The translations under genes and the position numbers were made by a program. This document shows positions 9,584 to 19,273 of a stretch of DNA of 64,000 nucleotides, piece by piece. The first letter of the stretch is position 1, and each line of letters begins with the position of its first letter. Source of the stretch: a virus; the IMG/VR virus record IMGVR_UViG_3300025276_000022, one strand, 5' to 3'. Under the pieces are notes generated by a model, which saw nothing but the letters and a program-made list of their open reading frames with translations, searched no databases and was not told the origin of the DNA.

Positions 9584-10522
9584 ATGAATAGAGTATTAGT
9601 AACAGGTGCAGCAGGATTTATCGGTTCACAATTATCGGATCGATTACAGAAACGTGGATTGACAGTGAAAGGTATTGATAATTTCAATAACCATCTATAC
9701 ACTCCTGAATTAAAAGTAGATCGTATGAAACACTTCGATCTAGATATCTGGGGATGTGATCTAAAGGATGAGATAAAGCTCGAAGCGTTATTGAGAGACT
9801 TCCGTCCAGACACTATTATTCATCTTGCCGCAATGGCAGGCGTTCGTGATTCTATGGGAAAAGAGAAGTCGTACCACGCAAATAACATAGATGCTACACA
9901 GAACCTTATTGATATCTGTAAACAACATCTACCAGAGACTCGCATTGTATATGCGTCAACGTCTTGTGTATATGCTGGATCCCCGACTCCGTGGACAGAA
10001 GGTGAAGAGACTGGTAAACAATTAAACGCATATGGTTATACCAAGTGGGCGAATGAATGTCAGATGCAATCGTCTGGTCTAAACACAACTGGTCTACGTT
10101 TCTTCACAGTATATGGCCCTTGGGGTCGTCCTGATATGGCTTTGTTTGACTTTACTAAAAATATACTTGACGGAAAGGAAATAACCGTGTATAATTACGG
10201 TAAGATGAAGAGAGACTTCACTTTCGTAGAAGATATCCTAGACGGTATTGAAGTTGTCTTAGACAATGACGATCTATCGGGAGAGATATTTAATATCGGA
10301 CGTGGTGAACAAGTCGAGTTGCTAGACTTCATTGGTGAGATCGAGAAACAAACTGGGAAGAAAGCAATTAAGAATCTTGCTCCCCAACATCCTGCGGATA
10401 CTTTAGAGACTTGGTCTAATACTGCTAAGTTACAAGCACTTGGTTATGACCCGAAGGTAAGTATCGCAGAGGGTGTTGAAAGATTTTACGAATGGTTTAA
10501 AACTTATAATGGAATCGAATAA
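9584..10522 (+). CDS. NAD-dependent epimerase (UDP-glucuronate 4-epimerase-like)
   Basis: TGAAGFIG, HLAAMAGVR, YGYTK, LRFFTVYGPWGRPDMA. Confidence 0.92.
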   Translation: MNRVLVTGAAGFIGSQLSDRLQKRGLTVKGIDNFNNHLYTPELKVDRMKHFDLDIWGCDLKDEIKLEALLRDFRPDTIIHLAAMAGVRDSMGKEKSYHANNIDATQNLIDICKQHLPETRIVYASTSCVYAGSPTPWTEGEETGKQLNAYGYTKWANECQMQSSGLNTTGLRFFTVYGPWGRPDMALFDFTKNILDGKEITVYNYGKMKRDFTFVEDILDGIEVVLDNDDLSGEIFNIGRGEQVELLDFIGEIEKQTGKKAIKNLAPQHPADTLETWSNTAKLQALGYDPKVSIAEGVERFYEWFKTYNGIE

Positions 10523-10857
10523 TGAGCAAGAGTAAATTAAGAAAAGCATATGAAGCACGGCTCGGTGATGCAGATGGCGAGTTGAGACTATATGACGCTA
10601 AAGGTAATGAGATTTATACCGAAACCTCTGACAGTTATTGGGTGAAACGAGAATACGACGCTAAAGGTAATGAGATTTATTGGGAAACCTCTGACGGTTA
10701 TTGGTGTAAACAAGAATACGACGCTAAAGGTAATCAGATTTATTTTGAAACCTCTATGGATGGTGTGGCTTTAGACAAACTAGCTTGTAGCGATAAAGTA
10801 TTTATCGACGAGCAAACTGGTAAGAAGTTTAAAATGGTGGAGGTGAGTGGTGACTAG
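10522..10857 (+). CDS. Small YD-repeat protein
   Basis: Three YDAKGN(E/Q)IYxETS repeats. Confidence 0.75.
   Translation: MSKSKLRKAYEARLGDADGELRLYDAKGNEIYTETSDSYWVKREYDAKGNEIYWETSDGYWCKQEYDAKGNQIYFETSMDGVALDKLACSDKVFIDEQTGKKFKMVEVSGD
10591..10755 (+). repeat. 63-nt tandem repeat, about 2.6 copies
   Basis: TA(T/C)GACGCTAAAGGTAAT(G/C)AGATTTAT-NNN-GAAACCTCT recurs every 63 nt. Confidence 0.9.
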
Positions 10858-11836
10858 AGCAACAGCAGACGATGTTAACACACGATTTCGAATAGGAATC
10901 GTTGGACATGGATTTGTTGGCCAGGCAGTCGAGTATGCGTTTATGCATCCGCTTGTCGACTTCAACTACTATGACCCCAAATATGAAACCACCCTTGATA
11001 CTCTGACAGACGCACCAGCAGATATTCATCCTAAGTGTTTCTTTATATGTGCGCCCACACCATCCGCAGATGACGGTTCGGTAGATTCTTCTATCGTGGA
11101 AGCTTCGGTGCTTAAATGTCTTAACTATACTGATGCTCTTGTCGTAGTTAAATCTACAATCACCCCCGAATCTATTGACCGTCTTTACTCTGGTATGAGT
11201 AGAGAACAGATCGATCGTTTCGTTTATAACCCTGAGTTCTTGACAGAGAAGAATGCTAAGGCAGACTTCGTCGGTGCTAAGTTCCACGTCATTGGTGGTA
11301 TGCCAGTAGCCGCACGAGAACTCATTGACGTGTATGAGATCTTTGGTGCATGTGAGTCTAACGACTATCACCGTATGACCGCATACGAAGCATCCTTTGT
11401 TAAATATACCATTAACTCATACCTGTCTACTAAGATCACATTCTTCAATCAGTTATATGATCTGGTCAACCTGTATGGTTGTAACTACAATACTATTGTT
11501 CGTGCAGTAGGTAAAGACGATAGAGTTGGTGTAGGTCACACCCGTGTGCCTGGCTTTGATGGTAAACGAGGATTCGGTGGTGCATGTCTACCCAAAGATA
11601 CAAGAGCATTCTTAGACTTTTCGACACATGAGTTTGCTGATGGAACTACAACTAGTTTCGATTTGTTAGAGAAAGTACTTGACATCAATAGTACTTATCG
11701 TGTACAATACACCCTTGATGAAAGAGAAAAAGTTAATAACATTACATTCGTAAATTTTGGAGGCAAAAATGTCAATAATGGACAAACTAAAGAAGAACTC
11801 GAAGATCAAAGAGACAGCGATCCTATCGACGAGTAA
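10847..11836 (+). CDS. ugd: UDP-glucose 6-dehydrogenase family (short form)
   Basis: GIVGHGFVG, VKST, NPEFL, KYTINSYL, GFGGACLPKD. Confidence 0.9.
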   Translation: MVTRATADDVNTRFRIGIVGHGFVGQAVEYAFMHPLVDFNYYDPKYETTLDTLTDAPADIHPKCFFICAPTPSADDGSVDSSIVEASVLKCLNYTDALVVVKSTITPESIDRLYSGMSREQIDRFVYNPEFLTEKNAKADFVGAKFHVIGGMPVAARELIDVYEIFGACESNDYHRMTAYEASFVKYTINSYLSTKITFFNQLYDLVNLYGCNYNTIVRAVGKDDRVGVGHTRVPGFDGKRGFGGACLPKDTRAFLDFSTHEFADGTTTSFDLLEKVLDINSTYRVQYTLDEREKVNNITFVNFGGKNVNNGQTKEELEDQRDSDPIDE

Positions 11837-12815
11837 ATTCTTCACTGAAAAAGAGATGGTACCGACTGATGTTCCGATGGTGAACGTCGCGTTATCTGGT
11901 TCTGTAGATGGTGGTATCTCGCCAGGCCTTACAGTTCTTGCAGGGCCATCTAAACACTTTAAGACATCGTTCGCTTTATTGATGGCAGGCGCATACCTTG
12001 AAGCCAAACCCGATGCAGTGATGTTATTTTATGATTCCGAGTTTGGATCACCTCAGTCATACTTCGCACAGTTTGGTATCGATACTAGTAGAGTGTTGCA
12101 TACACCTATAGCAAACGTCGAAGAGTTGAAGTTTGACTTGATCGGTCAACTAGAGAACCTAGACCGCAAAGACGATGTCATTATCGTTATTGATTCTATT
12201 GGTAACCTTGCGTCTAAGAAAGAACTTGACGATGCACTGAACGAGAAAGGTGTTGCCGACATGTCACGTGCGAAGGCACTGAAAGGTCTGTTCCGTATGT
12301 CAACTCCGTATCTGGCGATGAAGAATATTCCGATGCTTGCAATCAATCACACTTATAAAGAGATTGGCTTGTTTCCGAAAGATGTAGTTAGTGGTGGTAC
12401 TGGTATCTATTACTCTGCCGACAATATCTGGATTATCGGTCGTCGACAGAATAAGACGGGTACCGAAGTGACTGGTTATGATTTTGTTATCAAGGTCGAG
12501 AAGTCTCGGTTTGTGAAAGAGCAGTCCAAGATTCCAATCTCTGTATCTTGGGATGGTGGTGTTGAGAAGAACTCTGGTCTCCTCGAAGTTGCATTGGCTG
12601 GTGGGTATGTTATCAAACCAAGTAATGGTTGGTACTCTCGTTGTCACGGTACTGAAGCAGAAGATAAGAAGTTCCGCACCAAAGATACTTTGACCAATGA
12701 GTTCTGGGCACCTATTTTCGAAACGAGTGACTTTGCTACATTCCTACAGAAGACTTATCAGATAGGATATAAAAGCGAGATCAACCCTGAATTGATTCTA
12801 GAGGAAATAGTATAA
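11769..12815 (+). CDS. uvsX: UvsX RecA-like recombinase
   Basis: AGPSKHFKT, FYDSEFG, DSIGNLASKKE, SGGTG; GGAGG ribosome-binding site. Confidence 0.95.
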   Translation: MSIMDKLKKNSKIKETAILSTSKFFTEKEMVPTDVPMVNVALSGSVDGGISPGLTVLAGPSKHFKTSFALLMAGAYLEAKPDAVMLFYDSEFGSPQSYFAQFGIDTSRVLHTPIANVEELKFDLIGQLENLDRKDDVIIVIDSIGNLASKKELDDALNEKGVADMSRAKALKGLFRMSTPYLAMKNIPMLAINHTYKEIGLFPKDVVSGGTGIYYSADNIWIIGRRQNKTGTEVTGYDFVIKVEKSRFVKEQSKIPISVSWDGGVEKNSGLLEVALAGGYVIKPSNGWYSRCHGTEAEDKKFRTKDTLTNEFWAPIFETSDFATFLQKTYQIGYKSEINPELILEEIV

Positions 12816-13177
12816 TGAAACCCTTAGATCTAGATAAACCTTCGGAGAACATCGACTACAAATTAGTACCTACTGTAGTCGATGGTAAGGACGCATGGAA
12901 TGTTGATCTTCTTCGCTCTCCTTTTGGTGATGTAACGATTCGTTTTGAAAATGTACGAATTAATGGTGAAGAGCAAAATATAAGTTTTAGCTTCGAAGTG
13001 GTTGACACAGACGACACAAGTGTGTATAATAGTGATCATGTTGCATTGCAAGAGTTCGCCAGTGAAGTGTTAGGGGACATCCTAGACGCAGCGATAGACA
13101 CTGGCTCATTATATAAAAAGGATACACATGACGGACATCAACCTACAGCAGACGATTCTACGGAATCTACTGACTAA
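12815..13177 (+). CDS. Hypothetical protein in the T4 gp40 position
   Basis: Acidic 120-aa ORF between uvsX and gp41 (synteny only). Confidence 0.5.
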   Translation: MKPLDLDKPSENIDYKLVPTVVDGKDAWNVDLLRSPFGDVTIRFENVRINGEEQNISFSFEVVDTDDTSVYNSDHVALQEFASEVLGDILDAAIDTGSLYKKDTHDGHQPTADDSTESTD

Positions 13178-14528
13178 CGATTCGTATATGAGGAAGGTCG
13201 CCCCCTTCCTCTCCCCCGAATACTTTGAGGGTACTTACAAAAGTATCTTCAAAGAGTTCACTACCTATATTGCCAAGTACAATAACCTCCCCTCTAAAGA
13301 AGCTCTCAAGATTGAGATTGATTCGGAAGGTAGAATGTCCGATGAACACTATCGTCACACTATGGACATTCTACCGGACATCTTTAATTTCGTTGAGGAA
13401 GACTTGACGTGGTTGGTAGAGCGTACTGAGAAGTGGTGTCAGGATCGCGCAGTATTCAATGCAGTGATGGAGTCTATCTCTATCATCGATGGTAAACACC
13501 AAGAACTTTCCAAGAATGCTATTCCCGAAGTACTGTCCAAAGCACTGTCAGTGTCCTTTGATACTAACATTGGTCATGACTATCTCGAAAGTGTAGATTC
13601 TCGTTGGGACTATTACCATACTGATGAAGAGAGAATGCCTTGGGATTTGGATTACTTCAATCGTATTACGAAAGGTGGATTGCCTAAGAAGACTCTTAAC
13701 ATCGCACTCGCTGGTACTGGTGTTGGTAAATCGTTGTTTATGTGTCATGCCGCAGCTGCAGCATTAAGTCAAAATAAGAACGTTCTCTATATTACTATGG
13801 AGATGTCCGAAGAACGTATCGCAGAAAGAATCGATGCTAACTTACTGAACGTCCCTATGGATCAACTTGAACATCTTAGTAAGGATATGTTTTCAAGTCG
13901 TGTTAAGAGTATCGCAGATAAAACCACGGGCAAACTTATTATTAAAGAATACCCGACTGGTAGTGCACACTCAAACCACTTCCGTGCACTTCTAAACGAG
14001 TTAAAGTTGAAGAAGAAGTTCTTACCCGATATCATCTTTATTGATTACCTGAACATATGCTCGTCGTCTAGGATGAAGGCTATGGGTGGTTCTATCAATT
14101 CATATACATATATAAAGTCTATTGCAGAAGAGCTGCGAGGTCTTGCTGTCGAGTTTGATGTTCCGGTAGTGTCTGCAACTCAGACTACACGGTCTGGTTA
14201 TAGTAATGACGACGTAGGACTAGAGGATACTTCTGAGTCGTTTGGATTGCCTGCTACTGCGGATCTGATGTTTGCCTTGATTAGTAATGATGAACTGAAT
14301 GCGCAGGGTCAGATAATGGTCAAGCAGTTAAAGAATAGATATAATGATATTGGTCAGAATCAAAGATTTGTATTAGGTATTGACCGTAGTAAGATGAGGT
14401 TGTTTGATGTGGATCAAAACGATTCACCACTAAATAAAGAAGTAGATCATGGCCCAGTTTTTGATAACTCTAACTCAGGCCAACGAATTTCTTCTGAGAG
14501 GATGAACTTTGACGGTTTCAAACTATAA
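13128..14528 (+). CDS. 41: Replicative DNA helicase (T4 gp41)
   Basis: LAGTGVGKS, ITMEM, IDYLNIC, SATQTTR, QLKNRY; promoter at about 13002-13030. Confidence 0.96.
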   Translation: MTDINLQQTILRNLLTNDSYMRKVAPFLSPEYFEGTYKSIFKEFTTYIAKYNNLPSKEALKIEIDSEGRMSDEHYRHTMDILPDIFNFVEEDLTWLVERTEKWCQDRAVFNAVMESISIIDGKHQELSKNAIPEVLSKALSVSFDTNIGHDYLESVDSRWDYYHTDEERMPWDLDYFNRITKGGLPKKTLNIALAGTGVGKSLFMCHAAAAALSQNKNVLYITMEMSEERIAERIDANLLNVPMDQLEHLSKDMFSSRVKSIADKTTGKLIIKEYPTGSAHSNHFRALLNELKLKKKFLPDIIFIDYLNICSSSRMKAMGGSINSYTYIKSIAEELRGLAVEFDVPVVSATQTTRSGYSNDDVGLEDTSESFGLPATADLMFALISNDELNAQGQIMVKQLKNRYNDIGQNQRFVLGIDRSKMRLFDVDQNDSPLNKEVDHGPVFDNSNSGQRISSERMNFDGFKL

Positions 14529-14538
14529 GGAGTCCAAC

Positions 14539-14736
14539 ATGGATCCAGTTACGCAAACTATTCTTACACTAGTGCTAATGTTTATTGCCAATATGGTAGG
14601 TAAACGAATTGGTAGAAATGAAGGTATATCCGCAGCTGTTACGTATATGATAGATATGGGTGCCTGCACAGAAAAAGACTTAACTAAAGCAAACGAAAAG
14701 TTTATGGATGATATGTCAGAAGAGGATGATTATTAA
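14539..14736 (+). CDS. Small membrane protein
   Basis: AAGGAG ribosome-binding site; N-terminal hydrophobic helix. Confidence 0.6.
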   Translation: MDPVTQTILTLVLMFIANMVGKRIGRNEGISAAVTYMIDMGACTEKDLTKANEKFMDDMSEEDDY

Positions 14737-14738
14737 AT

Positions 14739-15416
14739 ATGAGTGAAGTTGTAATTCGTAATAAAGAAATGTTGGATGTCCTGAATGGATTCTCTGATGA
14801 GTTGTTGTCTAAACCATCTTATAACGATGAGAAATACTGGACGTATCATGAGCGCAGTGATATCACTAAAGGCGACTACTACACTTCTCGTTTATACTTA
14901 GACGATTGTCTCTCTAGATATCCTGAACTAGTAGGGCCGCCTGACAGATACTTTGCACAACCTATATCTAAAATGGTTCGTGCGGATAAGGAAATGTGGG
15001 GTGCGTTTATGCAGAAGGTCAAATACGACTTCGCTGCAGAAATTGGTGCACATACATCCGCATTACTTTCATACTATCCGCCAGGCGGTTTTGTTGGTTG
15101 GCATAACAATTATGATGCGAGTGCGTATCAAGTATTGTTTACGTGGTCAGAAACCGGAGAAGGGTATTTCGAATACTATGATAAGAAGACTGATCAAATT
15201 ACTCGTATCCACGATGTGCCTGGCTGGCAATGCAGACACTATTACTTTGGTTCGAGAGAAGAAGAAGATTTACATTTTTGGCATGCTGCTTATGCAGGGT
15301 GTCAGAGAATCACACTAGCCTACAAGTTTGTTAATGGTGGCAATGTGAACAACCCCGAAGATGCGCAAGCGAGAGCAATGCGTGATATGTTAATTGATGA
15401 TATAGAGAGTGAATAA
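14739..15416 (+). CDS. 2OG-Fe(II) oxygenase/cupin-like protein
   Basis: YPPGGFVGWHNN, WHAA and RITLAY motifs. Confidence 0.65.
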   Translation: MSEVVIRNKEMLDVLNGFSDELLSKPSYNDEKYWTYHERSDITKGDYYTSRLYLDDCLSRYPELVGPPDRYFAQPISKMVRADKEMWGAFMQKVKYDFAAEIGAHTSALLSYYPPGGFVGWHNNYDASAYQVLFTWSETGEGYFEYYDKKTDQITRIHDVPGWQCRHYYFGSREEEDLHFWHAAYAGCQRITLAYKFVNGGNVNNPEDAQARAMRDMLIDDIESE

Positions 15417-15697
15417 TGAAGACTAATGATGTAGTAACAGTAGTGACAGTGAGCGGTGAGTATGTTGGGAGGTTAGATAACTTTAGTGCCGATGGTACTG
15501 TAACTCTAAAAGACCCACGTATGTTGATTACTGGTGAACAGGGTATTGGTTTTGCTCGTGGTGTATGTATGACCAGTGAAGAAAATCCCGATACGGTTTT
15601 GTTTCAGCAGTATGTATTATGTACGGCAACAAACAAAGACTTCGCTGCCGCATGGACTAAAGCAACCAGTGGAATAGACTTGGTCGTGCCGACATGA
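15416..15697 (+). CDS. Sm-like fold protein
   Basis: VVTV..SGEYVGRL..VTLKDPR beta pattern. Confidence 0.5.
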   Translation: MKTNDVVTVVTVSGEYVGRLDNFSADGTVTLKDPRMLITGEQGIGFARGVCMTSEENPDTVLFQQYVLCTATNKDFAAAWTKATSGIDLVVPT

Positions 15698-15933
15698 TCG
15701 GCCCTGATAAAGAAAAAGTCGCAGCTGCGGTACGAGAGATGTCAGATAGCATGTTACGTATCGACGCAGAGAAAGAACTGATGAAAGACATCGTCGATGT
15801 CACTGCCGAGAAGTACGAGATTGATAAAAAACAATTCCGTAAGATCGCTAACATATTTCATAAACGAAACCTAGAAGAGGCTCGCACTGAGACGAACGAG
15901 GTTTTTGAACTTTACGAGGAGTTGTTTAAATAA
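15694..15933 (+). CDS. T4 DsbA-like dsDNA-binding protein
   Basis: EMSDSMLRIDAEKELMKDI..KKQFRKIA..HK..YEELF. Confidence 0.7.
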   Translation: MIGPDKEKVAAAVREMSDSMLRIDAEKELMKDIVDVTAEKYEIDKKQFRKIANIFHKRNLEEARTETNEVFELYEELFK

Positions 15934-16733
15934 TGCTATTAACTGCTGGATGTAGTTTTGTATGGGGGGATGAGTTAAAAGGATTTGATCAAGATCCCCC
16001 TGCTCACTGGGGACGCACTTTCACTTCAATACTTGCTAGGAAACTAGGTATTGACTATGTTAACCGTGGTGTGTGTGGTGCTTGTAACGATAAGATCTTT
16101 AGGGAAGTCACCGACTTCCTTCATAATGATGACAATCGAGGTAAGGTGACTCATCTAGTAGTTATGTGGTCTGCATGGCAACGTGCAGAAATCGTAGAGT
16201 ATATGCCACCGGATCGTGAAGTTAAGATTGGTAGACAGAACGATGTTACACAGTACTCAGAATTGCGCACAGATTTAATATACTGTAAGAAAAAAAGAGC
16301 TAGTATGAAAAAGTGGTATGGTACTGCATACGATTCTAAGACAGATATCATGCACACTCTCAGTATGATGAAGGCACTTGAGGTCATATGTGATGCAGCT
16401 GGGATAAAATTAATCCAAGGTGTTTTCCATAAAAGGAACTGGTCTAACATTATGTCTATCTTGACAGATGCGCCCGGATTTCAAGATAGTGCTCCATATT
16501 TAGAGGAAGAACGTATAGCCTCTATACCATATTATAGTAAATGGTTAAAAGATTCTATTGGTAGTTTAAAAGATACTAGTCGAATTGGAATGGGTAAGGG
16601 TATAGATCTATACAGTCTTTGTGTAGAATTGGATGATATGAGACCCCACGGACATCCGGGCGAAAAGACTCAAGTAGTATTTGCGAACGAATTACTTGAG
16701 TCTTTCATTAAGTTAAGTGAAGAAAACGTATAA
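15933..16733 (+). CDS. SGNH hydrolase-like protein
   Basis: GCSFVWG, N.GVCGACND, GHP motifs. Confidence 0.7.
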   Translation: MLLTAGCSFVWGDELKGFDQDPPAHWGRTFTSILARKLGIDYVNRGVCGACNDKIFREVTDFLHNDDNRGKVTHLVVMWSAWQRAEIVEYMPPDREVKIGRQNDVTQYSELRTDLIYCKKKRASMKKWYGTAYDSKTDIMHTLSMMKALEVICDAAGIKLIQGVFHKRNWSNIMSILTDAPGFQDSAPYLEEERIASIPYYSKWLKDSIGSLKDTSRIGMGKGIDLYSLCVELDDMRPHGHPGEKTQVVFANELLESFIKLSEENV

Positions 16734-16736
16734 ATA
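16729..16736 (+). promoter_or_regulatory. T4-type late promoter
   Basis: TATAAATA. Confidence 0.7.
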
Positions 16737-16768
16737 TAACCAGTATAATATAACTTTGGAGTAATGTA

Positions 16769-17086
16769 ATGAGCGATAATGTAATTTTAGTAGGTATCAT
16801 TTTAGTCATAGTAGGATTTATTGTTATGAGTAAAAAATCTAGCACTGGGTCAACTGGTAAAGGTACTACCCCAGTAAAGCCATCAACGCCTGTGGTAGAT
16901 CGCCATGCTGAAAGCATTGCTGTACAAAGAGACATGTTTTCTAAAATGACTGTTACTCAATTAAAAGTATATGTTAAAGAAAACAAATCTAAATTGGGAG
17001 AATCGACGGGTCGTATGCCAACTAAGAAGGCCGAACTCATTGAAGCTGCTATGCAAATATTCCAATCTTGGACTGAAGAAAAATGA
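16769..17086 (+). CDS. Membrane-anchored protein with Rho-N/HeH-like C-terminus
   Basis: N-terminal TM helix; KMTVTQLK..KKAELI. Confidence 0.55.
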   Translation: MSDNVILVGIILVIVGFIVMSKKSSTGSTGKGTTPVKPSTPVVDRHAESIAVQRDMFSKMTVTQLKVYVKENKSKLGESTGRMPTKKAELIEAAMQIFQSWTEEK

Positions 17087-17760
17087 AAACCTTTAAAACC
17101 TTCTTGAACGAAGGAGTCAATGATCCAGCAATCTTCAAAGCAGTCTTTCTTGCAGGCGGGCCTGGATCAGGTAAGTCTTTCATAGTCGGTAAGACTGGAC
17201 TAACCTCTATGGGTTATAGAGTAAGTAATTCTGACGATGCGTTCGAAGCAGGCCTAAAGAAAGCAGGACTAGAAATGAGTCCTGAGAATATCTTTTCTGT
17301 TAAAGGTCAAGAACTTCGAGGTAAGGCTACTGCAATAACTAAAACTAGACAGACTATGTATATCAAAGGTCGGTTAGGATTAGTCATCGACGGTACTGGT
17401 AAGAATCTTGAAAAGATGAAGACCCAAGCAAAAGACCTTAAAAAGATTGGATATGATGTTGCGATGATATTTGTCAACACTGACCTAGAAACTGCTATGG
17501 CTAGAAATCGCGCAAGAGCGAGAAAACTACCTGATGATATGGTCAAAGAATATTGGCAAGAGATCCAAAACAATATAGGTGCGTTTCAAAGTTTGTTCGG
17601 TAAGAAGAACTTTCTAGTTGTCGATAACTCAGATGGTAAAGACTGGACTTCCGAAACTCTTCGTGCATACAAAGACGTAACAAGATTCACTGAGGCACCT
17701 GTGGAGAATGCCAAATCTAAGAAGTGGATTGCCGCAGAAAAGAAAAAGAAAACTCGCTAA
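17083..17760 (+). CDS. Zeta-toxin/AAA_33-like P-loop kinase with capsid-targeting-like N-terminus
   Basis: MKTFKTFLNE; GGPGSGKS; VIDGTG; RNRARAR lid. Confidence 0.8.
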   Translation: MKTFKTFLNEGVNDPAIFKAVFLAGGPGSGKSFIVGKTGLTSMGYRVSNSDDAFEAGLKKAGLEMSPENIFSVKGQELRGKATAITKTRQTMYIKGRLGLVIDGTGKNLEKMKTQAKDLKKIGYDVAMIFVNTDLETAMARNRARARKLPDDMVKEYWQEIQNNIGAFQSLFGKKNFLVVDNSDGKDWTSETLRAYKDVTRFTEAPVENAKSKKWIAAEKKKKTR

Positions 17761-17767
17761 GAAATGA

Positions 17768-17828
17768 TTGACAAGGGAAGTTCATTGTAGTATAATGACA
17801 CTCTAACACAGAGGAACTACAATGAACT
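17768..17828 (+). promoter_or_regulatory. Early promoter embedded in a 13-bp inverted repeat covering the next start codon
   Basis: TTGACA 17768, TATAAT 17791; AGTTCATTGTAGT (17779-91) / ACTACAATGAACT (17816-28). Confidence 0.8.
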
Positions 17829-17947
17829 ACCAGTCGAATCTCGCTAAAGAATATGCTCTCCTACTATCTAAGGTAGGGGACAGCCCCACCCCCAAACAAC
17901 AAAAGAAATTAGATAAACTTCTAAAACTTTTGCGAAAAACTGTTTGA
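17822..17947 (+). CDS. 41-aa hypothetical protein (not in the ORF track)
   Basis: GAGG ribosome-binding site and own promoter; MNYQSNLAKEYALLL... Confidence 0.6.
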   Translation: MNYQSNLAKEYALLLSKVGDSPTPKQQKKLDKLLKLLRKTV

Positions 17948-18000
17948 CATCTTCCCCCAATAAGTGTATAATAGCTTCTTAATCTTAGGAGAACTTTATA

Positions 18001-18543
18001 GTGCGTATATATATCTTGATTTCTATTCTTGTCTTTATTGGCAACAGTCTTGCCTTTGTAGGTTACATTAATTTTGTTCATGCAGAAACACCTGATATAC
18101 AAGACGAAAGAGAACTTGAATGTCTCGCAATGAATATATACCATGAGGCAAGAAGCGAAAGTCTTGCTGGACAATATGCAGTCGCAGACGTTACCCTAAA
18201 TAGAATGCAGGATAGACGATACCCATCAACGATATGTGGTGTTGTCGAACAAGCTGTATTGAGTCAGTGGGGTCTCGATAGAGGTCTAGAAATACCAAAG
18301 AAGAATATGTGTCAGTTCAGTTGGTATTGTGACGGTCTTTCGGACGAACCACTAGAAACATACTCTTGGTTACGTGCAAAAGATATTGCACATGATATGA
18401 TGTACTATAGCAAGCATAATGGTTTAACAGAAGGATCTACGCATTACCATGCTAACTATGTAAATCCGACGTGGAGTTACCACGAGAAGATGAGACTTAT
18501 AGGTAGGATTGGTGATCACATTTTCTATAAAGAGGAATACTAA
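18001..18543 (+). CDS. SleB/CwlJ-like cell wall hydrolase
   Basis: CLAMNIYHEARSE, VTLNR, CQFSWYCDG, HYHA, IGDHIFY; promoter 17944-17972. Confidence 0.92.
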   Translation: MRIYILISILVFIGNSLAFVGYINFVHAETPDIQDERELECLAMNIYHEARSESLAGQYAVADVTLNRMQDRRYPSTICGVVEQAVLSQWGLDRGLEIPKKNMCQFSWYCDGLSDEPLETYSWLRAKDIAHDMMYYSKHNGLTEGSTHYHANYVNPTWSYHEKMRLIGRIGDHIFYKEEY

Positions 18544-18800
18544 TGACAATCGATTATGCATCACTTCCAACAGGTTTATTCTCGGAAGACACGGACGTAG
18601 ATAATGCATATATATTATACGATCACACAGGCGGATTAATCTGTGTGTACGGTGACGCAGAACGGGCAATAGATCGTGCCGCAGAAGAGATCACCAAAGA
18701 TTACCAGTATGATACTGTACATGTTGATGTGTTCGATTGGGCAATCATGGTACGAAGTTCTATTGGAGAAATTACCATTTTAGTAGAAAAGATCTATTGA
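18543..18800 (+). CDS. Hypothetical protein
   Basis: GAGG ribosome-binding site; coupled to the upstream stop. Confidence 0.6.
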   Translation: MTIDYASLPTGLFSEDTDVDNAYILYDHTGGLICVYGDAERAIDRAAEEITKDYQYDTVHVDVFDWAIMVRSSIGEITILVEKIY

Positions 18801-18836
18801 CAGACCAGATCCTTTTTGTTATAATAGCCGAACAAT

Positions 18837-18912
18837 GTCCCGTTCGTCTAGAGGCCTAGGACACCGCCCTTTCACGGCGGTAACAGGGGTTCGACTCCCC
18901 TACGGGATGCCA
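18837..18912 (+). tRNA. tRNA-Glu (UUC)
   Basis: Cloverleaf, CCGCC-CTTTCAC-GGCGG, encoded CCA; promoter 18797-18825. Confidence 0.97.
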
Positions 18913-18938
18913 TATTATTAATCAAGAGAGTTATTGTT

Positions 18939-19142
18939 ATGCCTATAAAGTACAAAGAAGATTCAGAAGTTAAAGACCGCACAACCGGAAAGGTTAAGGT
19001 CACAAGATATTATATTCACGCCCTTCCTACTCCTAGTCTTTTAGAAGAGTTTGGAAGATGTAGTATCCCCAAGATTAAAGTTAAATTTCGTAATGAACTA
19101 GTGAAGCGTGGGTTTTCAAATCAAGACATATTATCTCTATAG
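18939..19142 (+). CDS. Hypothetical protein
   Basis: ORF with GAGAG leader between tRNA genes. Confidence 0.6.
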   Translation: MPIKYKEDSEVKDRTTGKVKVTRYYIHALPTPSLLEEFGRCSIPKIKVKFRNELVKRGFSNQDILSL

Positions 19143-19194
19143 GCCTCTTGACAGACCAAGAAGTTTATAGTATAATAGAGTCTTAGTAAGTAAT

Positions 19195-19269
19195 TCCGAA
19201 GTAGCTCAGCGGTAGAGCAGTTGACTGTTAATCAATTGGTCGTTGGTTCGATCCCAACCTTCGGAGCCA
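19195..19269 (+). tRNA. tRNA-Asn (GUU)
   Basis: TCCGAAG/CTTCGGA acceptor stem, CTGTTAA loop, CCA; promoter 19148-19176. Confidence 0.97.
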
Positions 19270-19273
19270 GAAT

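Noticed and set aside
10591-10755. CRISPR array or DGR template
   Set aside because: In-frame 63-nt coding repeats without unique spacers; no reverse transcriptase or cas operon in the window.
11769-11836. ugd/uvsX overlap (and 13128-13177) as a frameshift signal
   Set aside because: Each downstream gene has its own ribosome-binding site and promoter; short overlaps are ordinary in compact phage genomes.
17083-17760. Zeta toxin of a toxin-antitoxin pair
   Set aside because: No epsilon-like partner; the late promoter and targeting-like start fit a virion-associated kinase better.
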